Of a stretch of 64,000 nucleotides of DNA, positions 31,491 through 43,748 are shown piece by piece. A program made the position numbers and the translations under genes. The notes beneath the pieces are model-generated. The model saw only the letters and a list, made by a program, of their open reading frames with translations, did no database searches and was not told the DNA's origin. This stretch comes from Octopus vulgaris (lineage: Eukaryota). The stretch's first letter is position 1, and the number at the start of each line of letters is the position of its first letter. The stretch covers positions 50,964,001-51,028,000 of the forward strand of contig OX597832.1 in the NCBI GenBank assembly GCA_951406725.2, written 5' to 3'.

Positions 31491-31950
31491 ATCATGATCA
31501 TCATCGTTGTTCGACCGTGGTCGAGACAATGGAATTTACCATGCTACGCCAGACTTCACGGTCCATCATAGCATTACGGAGGTCCTGTTGCTGGATGCCT
31601 GTATCCCTGGAGATTGCATCAGGGTAGGAGAGTGTGCACCCTCTGGTATTGCGAGTAGATGGCTTCCAGAGGAGAAGAGTAGAAATTACCTCTTTTTCAG
31701 CTCTACAACAATGTCCAGCAAACTGGACTCTCCTACCTTTCACAAGAGATGACACAGGTGGTAGTTTCCCATATATTTGCATTTTGGTTGGATGGCGCTT
31801 CAACGAGAGATTTTGAGCTCTCATAAGGAGGCGAGTGTAGGTTCCATCCAACCGCCTCTCAAGCTTCTTTGATAACGTCCAGGTTTCTGAGCCATATAGT
31901 AGAATTGGTTCGACTGTGGCTTTGAAGATTTCAAGTTTGAAGTCTCTATC
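31491..31950 (-). mobile_element. RTE-clade LINE 3' fragment
   Basis: KLEIFKATVEPILLYGSETWTL..RRVQFAGHC.R..MMDREVWR..* with a (TGA)n-like tail. Confidence 0.85.
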
Positions 31951-32009
31951 ACCAAATACTAAGATCCGTGTTTGCATAAAAGTTGTGAGACAAGATGTAG
32001 AGGCTGGAC

Positions 32010-32310
32010 AGTCCGTCGGTTACGACGAGGACGAGTGTTCCAGTCAATTTGATCGTGAAGTTGATGTTGAAGTGAGTGGGTACTCCACAAACACCCGTAC
32101 CCTTAACTGTAGTTCTCAGGGAGATTCAGTTTGATGCACAGAATGTGACAAGGTTGGCCCATTGAAGTACAGGTACAACACTTTTTTTGCCAGATGAGTG
32201 GACTGGAGTAACATAAAATAAAGTGTCTTGCTAACGCGTCGCTGAGAACCGAACTCACAACCTTTCGATCGTAAGCCAAATACACTAACCACTAAGCAAC
32301 GTGCCTTCGC
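32010..32310 (-). mobile_element. Diverged CORE-head/family C-tail SINE
   Basis: Homologous to 8958-9247. Confidence 0.65.
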
Positions 32311-32582
32311 TGACAAGATATGTTAAATAATTAAAACTTCACCAGTGGAGAAGAGGAATAATCATTCGATTAACTGGGATGGCTGTGTTTCTTCTAGTTT
32401 ATAGGAAGCAGGTTGAAAAGGATCGCAATGAACAGGAAACATAGAGAGAGGCATGGGTTGTGAAGAGAGCCGAGAGAGAGAGGGAGAGAGAGTGGGGGGC
32501 AGACAGACAGACAGACAAACAGAGAATTTAGTGTGGAGGTGGCAAGTATGGGCTACTTGGGGAGAATGGTAGTTGGTATGAT

Positions 32583-32815
32583 AGGCGGCGAGCTGGCAGA
32601 AACGTTAGCACGCCGGGCGAAATGCGTAGCCGTATTTCGTCTGCCACTACGTTCTGAGTTCAAATTCCGCCGACGTCGACTTTGCCTTTCATCCTTTCAG
32701 GGTCGATTAAATAAGTACCAGATACGCATTGGGGTCGATATAATCGACTTAATCCGTTTGTCTGTCCTTGTTTGTCCTCTCTGTGTTTAGCCCCTTTTGG
32801 GTAATAAAGAAATGG
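32583..32815 (+). mobile_element. SINE family B
   Basis: Head GGCGGCGAGCTGGCAGAAACGTTAGCACGCCGGGCG plus Meta-like block. Other copies at ~27390, 36820, 39563, 49908, 50150, 57170 and 63040. Confidence 0.85.
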
Positions 32816-33667
32816 GTATGATAGGTGTGACAGGTGGTAGTGTAGTGCGAGTTGCCGAATTATTTGCAAGACAGGTGTTTCAAATAATGTGTGTGTGTAT
32901 GTCTGACTGTCTGTCTGTCTGTCTGTGCGCGCGTGAGTATGTGTAACCAACATGGGTGTACTTAAAGACCCTGTACGATAAGTTCTTAATTTTTTTTTTC
33001 TTTTAAATCTCCTTCGTGAACAGAAAAGATAAACAAAAGCCAAATGATGACGGTATGATGTTGTTTGACGGAACATTTCGGTTATGTAGTGAGAGAGAGA
33101 TGATTTTTTTTTCTCTCTCACGCAAGTTTTTTTAACGAACTTCTTTCTATGTACCTGTAATCAGACTTACAGAAAATCCATCGCCGGATTTTCAACCCTT
33201 TTGGTTGAAAAATTGGAAGCATTGAGATCCAACTTTTCTTTTTCGTCTTTCTACGGGAGAATTTGAACGAAGTAAAAAAAATTCTCATGGATTTCGTAAT
33301 GTAATCACTGTCAAATCACAGCAGAGACACTATCCTAGCCTCCACTGTGCTACCTTACTTGAGTGGTTGGCACAAACACTTCAACAAGGTTGCTGGTGAA
33401 ACAAGAACTACGAACACATCAGCAAATAGTCCAGTTTATTGATTTGGATATTGATGTGCTGGTACAAGGGTTCGAAGATCCGTTTCAAATTGGACGCCAT
33501 TAGATGATTAAAGTTGTACTTCGTTTTTGTATCTGGTTTGCAAGATTCTTTATGTGAATTCGTGTGTTGAAACATATTTTGTTGTGTCTAGCAAGAGTCA
33601 TTACACCATAATAAATTAAATTTATTAATAAATAAGTGGAATTGAATCCAGTGTGTGTGTTAATTAT

Positions 33668-34293
33668 GTGGAAGCACTCCGTCGGTTACGACGACGAGGG
33701 TTCCGGTTGATCCGCATCAACGGAACAGCCTGCTCGTGAAATTAACGTGTAAATGGCTGAGCACTCCACAGACACGTGTACCCTTAACGTAGTTCTCGGG
33801 GATATTCAGCGTGACACAGAGAGTGGCAAGGCCGGCCCCTTGAAATACAGGTACAACAGAAACAGGAAGTAAGAGTGAGAGAAAGTTGTGGTGAAAGAGT
33901 ACAGCAGGGATCACCACCATCCCCTGCCGGAGCCTCGTGGAGCTTTTAGGTGTTTTCGCTCAATAAACACTCACAACGCCCGGTCTGGGAATCGAAACCG
34001 CGATCCTACGACCGCGAGTCCGCTGCCCTAACCACTGGGCCATTGCGCCTCCACTGTGTTAATTTCAAGGCCGGCCCCTTGAAATACAGGTACGACAGAA
34101 ACAGGAAGTAAGAGTGAGAGAAAGTTGTGGTGAAAGAGTACAGCAGGGATCACCACCATCCCCTGCCGGAGCCTCGTGGAGCTTTTAGGTGTTTTCGCTC
34201 AATAAACACTCACAACGCCCGGTCTGGGAATCGAAACCGCGATCCTACGACCGCGAGTCCGCTGCCCTAACCACTGGGCCATTGCGCCTCCAC
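33668..34293 (-). mobile_element. SINE family C with a 239-bp tandem duplication of its head portion
   Basis: TSD TGTGTTAATTAT at 33656-67 and 34294-305; duplicated unit starts at 33827 and 34066. Confidence 0.85.
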
Positions 34294-34764
34294 TGTGTTA
34301 ATTATATCGGCATGATGACTCTCCCTAGATACAACAAAATGATAAAGTATTATTGCTGTCGAACAGCTACATCAGTAAATGTATTTACTGTGAAAATCTT
34401 TATATAGATAGCCTGCACAGAGAGTCGTTCGTCCAGGGGCGGTGCCTGCCATACGTTGACGAGAGGCAAACACCTTGAAACCTGGGTCCGTATGTGGCAT
34501 CCGCTTCTTCGGGGAATGATCTCCCTTTGCAGGCTAGAGGACGCCGTGATGGCGTCAGCCCTTCTGGTGACGTTGATGATCGCCTGGGGCTAAATGCATC
34601 AGTAACACCCCCACCGCCCTGCCCTGTCCCTAGCCATATTCGGATGGCTAACGTCCCTTATGTGATAAAGTTGTGTCTTCCAGAAAAAAAAAGGAACATT
34701 TGATGTTATTGCTTTTTGTAACTGTTGCTCGGTTTCTCAAGACTTTTGATTGGTTTATTTGCAG

Positions 34765-35035
34765 GCAATTGACATGGACCCGCGCATTACAAAGCATAGC
34801 TGGTATGCAAGTACTGACAATATTTGCTGGGTTTCTATACCGATCTGCTTCTTTATATCATCCTCGTCGGAAGATGCTTTTACACATCAAAAACCAAATG
34901 AAGACCAGACGCGATCGAGAGGCACAAAAGCCTCCTTATTTTGACTTTCAAGCATTACGAATGCGTGCTCTACTAATGATGTTAATCATCGTGGCTCTCG
35001 TTGGTCTTGGTATCCACGTTCCATTTATATTACTG
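34765..35035 (+). CDS. SLC16/MCT-like transporter, internal coding exon (TM6, central loop, TM7)
   Basis: TTTGCAG acceptor and GTAAGT donor at 35036; phase 2 in matches the previous exon (AG|G = Arg), phase 0 out. Translates [13 protein letters not shown]...[12 protein letters not shown]...PYFDFQALR...GIHVPFILL. Confidence 0.92.
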
Positions 35036-35124
35036 GTAAGTTCTTTGTGAATATACAAAAAATGCGTTTGCTTGCTTGCTTCAGAACCCATCTCACATCC
35101 ATTAACAAACAAGTCGAATAGATT

Positions 35125-35552
35125 ACTCTTTTTACTCTCTTTACTCTTTTACTTGTTTCAGTCATTTGACTGCGGCCATGCTGGAGCACCGCCTTTAGTC
35201 GAGCAAATCGATCCCGGGACTTTATTCTTTTTGTAATCCCAGTACTTATTCTATCAGTCTCTTTTGCCGAACCGCTAAGTTACGGGGACGTAAACACACC
35301 AGCATCGGTTGTCAAGCAATGCTAGGGAGACAAACACAGACACACAAACACATACACACACACATACATATATATATATACATATATACGACAGGCGTCT
35401 TTCAGTTTCCGTCTACCAAATCTACTCACAAGGCATTGGTCGGCCTGGTGCTATAGCAGAAGACACTTGCCCAAGATGCCACGCAGTGGGACTGAACCCG
35501 GAACCTTGTGGTTGGTAAGCAAGCTACTTACCACACAGCCACTCCTGCGCCT
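35125..35552 (-). mobile_element. SINE family A
   Basis: Consensus match, 90 bp downstream of the exon donor. Confidence 0.85.
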
Positions 35553-35931
35553 GTGTATAAACAAATTTACAAAATCATGTATTATCGTAATATCTTGATA
35601 TAAATGTACACATTTCTCTTTAATCACACACATACAAGCAAATAACTAAATTTTCTTTCAAGCGAAATAACGGGCATTCATAAATTTTGTTATAAGCTAT
35701 AGCGTTTAAGCATTCAGTTGTGGCCTCAGGTCTCTTTACAAACGTAGCTTCCCTAGTAAATGTATGCAATTATCTATATAGTAACGGCGCATTTTATATT
35801 TATCATCATTTTCTATAACAATATTAGAATCACACACTAAGTATCACAACTTATTTTCATTTGTAAACTACAACTTATTACGAATTGAGTTCCTGGAACG
35901 TATAATATATTTTGTTATATTATTTTATATA

Positions 35932-36180
35932 CCGTAAATCCTCGAGTATAATCCGCATTTTCCCCAAAAAATTTAACGGTCAAATTCCCTAGTGCATACT
36001 ATATACGAGGTTAAAAATGAAAAACATTTTCTAAGCAATGTCCGAGTCTTTATTTGCTGTCCGGCAATGTTTATTCAGACGCATTTTGTGATGTCGGGCG
36101 CGAAAATACCTTAAGTTAAGCCTGAAAGCAATGAATTCATACAAGAATCATCCATAACTTGTAGTAAGCAACATTTATTA
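35932..36180 (+). mobile_element. pogo/Tc2-like MITE, left arm only
   Basis: TA|CCGTAAATCCTCGAGTATAATCCGC; matches the 48245 copy to ~36180. Confidence 0.75.
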
Positions 36181-37138
36181 AAATGAAAGTATTCAGAACA
36201 CAGAATAACATGTAACAAAAACAATTTGCAAACATTTTACATTCCCATATAACAGTTAAGAACATCACTATTATTGTATTACGCATGCGCGGAAGTGTTT
36301 GTTCGACTAGGTACTGCTAAGTTACGGGAACGTAACACACCAGCATCGGTTGACAACCGATGCTGGTGTGTTACGTTCCCGTAACTTAGCGGTTCGGCAA
36401 AAGAGACCGATAGAATAAGTACTAGGCTTACAAAGAATAAGTCCTGGGGTCGATTTGCTCGACTAAAGGCGGTGCTCGAGCATGGCCACAGTCAAATGAC
36501 TGAAACAAGTAAAAGAAAATGACATTTAGACCCATTGTGTATTTTCCTGAAACAAATCTAAAAGCAATTTAGCGTCCCTTCTAAGATCTCAAGACTTCAG
36601 AAAACTGTGCAACGAAGTCTGAAACCATAATTATAATTTCAATTATTAATCTTTACAATATTGTATTGGGTGAATCTACCAAGCATAGTGATAGTTTTCA
36701 CACTTATCATTGTCGTAAGATGTGCTTTTTAAATATCCTTGTATGTTCATTTCTGCAACTACATACTAGACACCAGAAAAGTACTGAAATGCAGAAATAT
36801 GAGACATAACGAAAAGTAATGATTTCAAATTTTGGCACAAGGCCAGCAATTGTAGGGGTGGAGGTAAATCACTTACATCAACCCAGTGATCAAAACTTAT
36901 ACTTAATTTTTCGACCCCGAATGGATGAAAGGCAAAGTCGACCTCAGCGGCATTCGAACTCAGAACATTGCTCTTCATGTTAATGGTTCTGCTAGCTCTC
37001 TGCCTAATATAACGAAAAGTAAAAGCAATTTAAATGACAGATGTGCATGAATTGTTTCACAACATAAAACACTAGTCATAGTCTTTAGTATAATATAATC
37101 ATAGTTTACTGAATATCGGATATGTTATGATGTCATAC

Positions 37139-37467
37139 GTGGAGGCGCAATGGCCCAGTGGTTAGGGCAGCGGACTCGCGGTTGGAGGATCGCGGTTTCG
37201 ATTCCCAGACTGAGCGTTGTGTGTGTTTATTGAGCGAAAACACCCAAAACTCCACGAGCCTGCAGCAGGGGGTGGTGGCGACCCCTGTTGTACTCTTTCG
37301 CCCCAACTTTCTCTCACTCTTTCTTCCTGTTTCTTGAGTAACGCTGCAATGGACTGGCGTCCCGTCCAGCTGGGGGGGGGGGGGGGACACATACGCCATA
37401 GATACCGGAAAACCGGGCCCATGAGCCTGGCTAGGCTTGAAAAGGTCGCATAAATAAATAAATAAAT
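37139..37467 (+). mobile_element. SINE with family C head and alternative (V-domain-like) tail
   Basis: Head as at 58793; tail GCAATGGACTGGCGTCCCGTCCAG..ACCGGAAAACCGG..(TAAA)n. Confidence 0.78.
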
Positions 37468-37588
37468 GATGTCATTCGTTGATTAAGTTTTTAATTTTTC
37501 CCTAATTTTAAAAGAATTTAAATATTTTTGATCTGTTACTATGGTATATTATATATTTATATATATATTTTTTCGTTTTTTTTTTCAG

Positions 37589-37970
37589 CTACTTACAGCA
37601 TCCCAACACAACGTTAGCGACCACAATCTTTTACTGTTGAATATCTACCTGTGCACGGGTTTCGTTGCCGGATGTTTCGGCTTCGGTTATGTAATTATAC
37701 GTCAAAGTAAAGAGTGTTTAATCTCGAGGCGTCACCTATGTCAAACAGCTGCTCTTTCTGCCGGTTTACTCACTGTCCTTCTGCAGTTGGCCGATCATCT
37801 CACAGTTCATGCCCTTTATGCCTGTGGGTATGGAATTGCTTGTGGAGGTTACTATTACAGCCTGAAGATGTATATCTATCAGTTGGTTAAGGTGAAAATA
37901 ATGGAGCGAGCCTGGGGTTTTACTTGTGCAGCCCAATCTATTTCCACTTTGGCTGGAACTTTTACAGCTA
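37589..37970 (+). CDS. SLC16/MCT-like transporter, internal coding exon (TM8-TM11)
   Basis: Poly-T-CAG acceptor and GTAAGT donor at 37971; phase 0 in, phase 1 out. Hydrophobic helices ...[17 protein letters not shown]...[13 protein letters not shown]. Confidence 0.92.
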
Positions 37971-38346
37971 GTAAGTAAAACTTTTATTCTTACTTTATCA
38001 ATAAAAATTAGTAAAGAGAATACACACAGCATACAACACTGAAATATTAAAAAGAAATTGTTGAGTGTATAATGATAAAATTCGGATAAAAGACATTCAA
38101 AATTGAACACCCTATATCGAATTATCTAAAAATTAAACGATTAAATAGGTTTATAAAATACAATAAAATGAAATAAAATAAACAAAAGTAGAATCGTAAA
38201 CAAGAAAATAAAATAATATTTGCATATAACAGTCGAAGGTTTTCTCAAGCAATATGTCGAAATATATACAATATCTTTGCGATGCGAAATAAATCATGTA
38301 TTATAAGAAACAAATCCAACAGCGTGATTAAAAACTAGTCCAAGAA

Positions 38347-39330
38347 TCAAAAAATATAAACTATCCATCTAGCCGACATTTTAAATTTAGCTGCGTGTCT
38401 GCAGGAATTCAAGAGTTCGCGTCTTTGATTTAAAGCACTATTGTCCTGGAATAAGATATAATATTTTTCCAGCAGGCATAACTCACATTTGATGGGTCTT
38501 TTATGCGGACCGTGCCTGTAAGGTGACGCTCTATTTAAAATTCTCCATGTCACGTAGAAAGGTCGGGCTTCGTTCTCTTTTAATTCCCAGATATATTTAG
38601 CCAGGCTGGTCTTCGTCCTATTTTCGGAGTATCGAAAGGAATTTTTACGAGAATAAAATCGGCTTTTGAAAGAATTTTCAGAATCCCCTGTATAGGTTCT
38701 ATATTCGTGTGCGCCTTCTATCTGCGCCTTGGCTCTATACACGATTCCTTTCTCCAGACATTTTCCTTCCAACGGACAGGAGGTCCCATCTTTGCAGTTG
38801 CAATTTTTTTTTAAAGAATCGGCACTATGATTATTTGCAATTATCTTATTGTTGTGTTGGTTAATGAAAGAGGCGAAGTTTTTGCAGCAAGAATAGCTGA
38901 GCTTAAGCGTTCTTCTATTAAATATTCTATAAAACTTATGGTCAGGTTGAAAATGTCGAGAGACTAATTTTAAGAATTCCTTACCTATATTTGTTTTACA
39001 GCCATATTGAAAGCTGTGTTAAACCACAAAACCTTCCTAGTCCTAGTTCTACGCGTAACATTACTACTAACATTAAGTTGGTTATACTGGATCTCCTCAG
39101 AGAATCCACTATTCCTTAATGCGTATTATAATAAGGAGTGGCATTTTGGAATGCTGCCTCATCCGAAGAAATTGACGATATTCGTCTACCTACATTACTG
39201 ACTAAGTTCCTAAGAATAACTGGCGGATGATTGGATTTTTTGCTAATATAAGATAGCTTATCATTAGGCTTACGGTAAGGTTTGTATTTATCCGACTCTA
39301 AATCTAAATTTACATCTATGAATTCATTTA
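38347..39330 (-). mobile_element. Penelope-like retroelement (Naiad-type) fragment: RT thumb + GIY-YIG endonuclease, frameshifted
   Basis: Minus-strand translation FIDVNLDL..YKPYRKPN..SNHPP..VLWFN..NIGKEFL..SYSCCKN..CNC..CPLEGKCL..GIVYRA..YTG..CELCLLEK..LNQRRELLNSCRH; one frameshift near 38995. Confidence 0.88.
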
Positions 39331-39455
39331 CTTATTTTGTTCATTGCATGCTTAAGACCGTTAATTGAAAGGACCAATGGAACAAATCCATTTTTAGAGG
39401 TGTATCGTTTAACTAGTTTTGATCATATCGTTATTGCGGTTCTATTTTAACAAAA

Positions 39456-39493
39456 CTGTCCGATGAACGGGAACGTGAAACTCTGAGTAACAG
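39456..39493 (+). ncRNA. Minimal type I hammerhead motif (U4C) beside the Penelope-like fragment
   Basis: CTGT-CCGATGA-ACG GGAA CGT-GAA-ACT CTG AGT-A-ACAG; GNRA loop II, GUA triplet. Confidence 0.65.
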
Positions 39494-39530
39494 CTTTCGT
39501 TATATTTTCTGTTGCTTTTAAATAAAGTAT

Positions 39531-39562
<32 letters not shown>

Positions 39563-39784
39563 CTTTACTGCCCACAAGGGGCTAAACATAGAGGGGACAA
39601 ACAAGGACAAAAGGATTAAGTTGATTACATCGACCCAGTGCGAAACTGGTACTTTATTTATCGACCCCGAAAGGATGAAAGGCAAATTCGACCACGGCGG
39701 AATTTGAACTCAGAACGTAACGGCAGACGAAATACCGCTTAGCATTTCGCCCGACGTGCTAACGTTTCTGCCAGCCCGCCGCCT

Positions 39785-39986
39785 TTTACACTTTTACTTG
39801 TTTCAGTCATTTGACTGCGGCCATGCTGGAGCACTGCTTTTAGTCGAGCAAATCGACCCCGGGACTTATTCTTTGTAAGCCCAGTACTTACTCTATCGGT
39901 CTCTTTTACCGAACCGCTAAGTTACGGGGACGTAAACACACCAGCATCGGTTGTCAAGCGATGTTGGGGGGACAAACACACACACA

Positions 39987-40049
<63 letters not shown>

Positions 40050-40397
40050 GTATATATACATATACATATATACGACGTGCTTCTTTCAGTTTCCATCTAC
40101 CAAATCCACTCACAAGGCTTTGGTCGGCCCGAGGCTATAGCAGAAGACACTTGCCCAAGATGCCACGCAGTGGGACTGAACCCGGAACCATGTGGTTGGT
40201 AAGCAAGCTACTTACCACACAGCCACTCCTGCGCCTATGACTGGCTTCTTCAGTTTCCGTCTACCAAATCCACTCACAAGGCTTTGGTCGGCCCGAGGTA
40301 CAGTAGAAGACACTTTCCCGGGGTGCTATGCAGTGGGACTGAACCAGGAACCATATGGTTGAGAAACAAGCCTTTTACTACACACCCACGCCTGCAC
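39785..40397 (-). mobile_element. SINE family A plus a second head fragment
   Basis: Full copy at 39785-40238, extra head at 40240-40397. Confidence 0.82.
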
Positions 40398-40558
40398 TTA
40401 TGTTAAAAATTAGTATGAATCAAGGGTTTCAAGTGCATATATAAATGTTTCTATGGATTATAGTAACTGAAGCTAAAAAGAATGAAGAAGAGATTCTCTT
40501 TCTTTCAATAAGTAATCCGTGTGTTAATTACTTGTGTACCAATATAGTATCGAATAAG

Positions 40559-41149
40559 GGCGGCGAGCTGGCAGAAACGTTAGCACGCCGGGCGAAATGC
40601 GTAGCCGTATTTCGTCTGCCGTTACGTTCTGAGTTCAAATTACGCCGAGGTTGACTTTGCTTTTCATTCTTTCGTGATCGATTAAATAAGTACCAGTTAC
40701 GCACTGGAGTCGATGTAATCGACTTAATCCGTTTGTCTGTCCTTCCTTGTCCTTTCTGTGTTTAGCCCCTTATGGGTAGTAAAGAAATAGGTATTTCGTC
40801 TACCGCTACGTTCTGAGTTCAAATTCCGCCGAGGGATTACATCGACCCTAGTACACAACTGGTACTTAATTTATCGACCCCGAAAGGATGAAAGTCAAAA
40901 TTTGAACTCAAAGCATAAAGACAACGAAATACCTATTTCTTGACTACACACAGAAAGGACAAACAAGGACAGACAAACGGATTAAGTCGATTATATCGAC
41001 CCAGTGCGTAACTGGTACTTATTTAATCGACCCCAAAAGGATGAAAGGCAAAGTCGACCTTGGCGGAATTTGAACTCAGAACGTAACGGCAGACGAAATA
41101 CGGCTACGCATTTCGCCCGGCGCGCTAACGTTTCTGCCAGCTCGCCGCC
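40559..41149. mobile_element. Tail-to-tail inverted pair of family B SINEs
   Basis: GGCGGCGAGCTGGCAGAAACG at 40559 (+) and its reverse complement ending at 41149. Confidence 0.85.
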
Positions 41150-41738
41150 TTAATAATAATAATAATCCTTTCTACTAAAGGCACAATGCCTGACATTTGG
41201 AGGGAAGGGACTAGTCAATTACATCGATCCCAGGATTTCACTGGTATTTAATTTATCGACCCCGAAATGATGAAAAGCAAGATCGATTTCTTTCAGGGCT
41301 ATGGACTGGCAGACTCATCCGACTATCGGCCATAATCTGTGCGATATCTCTTCCCGTCCTTTACGTTTTGAGTTTTATTTCCACTGAATTCTATTTCCTC
41401 TTCCTTCCGTCCGTCCACTGTCGATAAAGCGATTTAATTGTCAAAACCGCTTCTTCAAAATTATTAGGCCTTGAGTCGCTGTTTATACCGAAACATCGCC
41501 AACAATTCTAATTTTTTTGTTTATTTTCACGAGAAAAATTGATAGTTACAAGGGAGATAACTCTAATTTTACTCTTGCAACGAAAGATTAAGTTCCTTGA
41601 TTTATTTGTTTATTTATTTATTATTTATTTTTTATTATTTATTATTTATCTATTTATTTATTTATTCATTTATTTATTTATTTATTAAACTGTCAAGTAT
41701 ATATGATTTCTCTCTCTATCTCTCTCTTTTTTTTTCAG

Positions 41739-42436
41739 TGTATTTGAATGAATCGTACGAGTCTACATCGGCCGGTTATATTTTTGCTGGATCCGCTATG
41801 ATTCTAGGAGGATTCTGCATGTTTTTTATGCCGATCTTCGAACGACATCCCAGCAACCAAGAAGTAATCGACAGTTATCCGAGCACTGTTAGTCAGAATG
41901 TTTCTGAAGCTGTAGCTTTGTTGGATATCGATGTTGGTGATGGCATGATGGACAAACCTCTGGAAAACATCCAGTACGTTGTCTGTCCTGTACATTTAAA
42001 AAGCTCCGAAAAAGACGGCAACAAAACACAACTGCAATGTTTAATTCAACAGAAAAACAAACAAAAACAAATAATTCTCTCCAGGATAAACGAGGAGAAA
42101 GATGGCTTCCATTTGGACTTGAAACAATTATCGCCGGTTTCGGCTATCACTAAAATATCTGAATTCCTTAACAGCCGCAAAGAAGGGTCGAAAAAGGATA
42201 CCAGTAGCATGTGTGGTGTGTTGCACGAGATCGGTTCGGACAGCATTGTGTCGAATCGATCGGAGCGGTCGAGTAAAGACCAATCACGGCGTAGCAGTGA
42301 GAAGAGGTTTAGAAGTAAAGGATCGGATGTGGGTCGGGATGATGGGAGTGATCCTCCGAGTGTCGAGAAGGAATCAACGGCCACTGTGTCATACGATAGT
42401 GATCTTTATGTTAACCTTTGTGAAGCTCAAGTTTAA
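41739..42436 (+). CDS. SLC16/MCT-like transporter, terminal coding exon (TM12 + ~200-aa cytosolic tail)
   Basis: Long CT/T tract + CAG; phase 1 in (A|TG). Translates [31 protein letters not shown] followed by a hydrophilic tail to TAA at 42434-36. Confidence 0.9.
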
Positions 42437-42714
42437 AACCCACCAACCCCCACAATCCCCTCCTAACTCCAAATATTCGCACATTAGCCGCCCCCCATTC
42501 CCCCCACCGCACCGGAGGTCCTTTTGCACACCTACCTTATTATTATTATTATTATTATTATTATTTGTTATGTAACCTGCAGAAAGAAAACACAATTTCG
42601 TTTATTTGGTTTAATTAAATATTTCCTAATTATTTATTTACCTACTCATTTCTTCAACAATTGAGCGGGGCAAGATTGCATTGAACCGAGGTTTTTTTGA
42701 AAAGTAAAGGCATG

Positions 42715-43748
<1,034 letters not shown>

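Noticed and set aside
38347-39330. Selenocysteine-encoding Naiad element
   Set aside because: The Cys motifs I translated use ordinary Cys codons; no in-frame TGA at a Cys position was seen.
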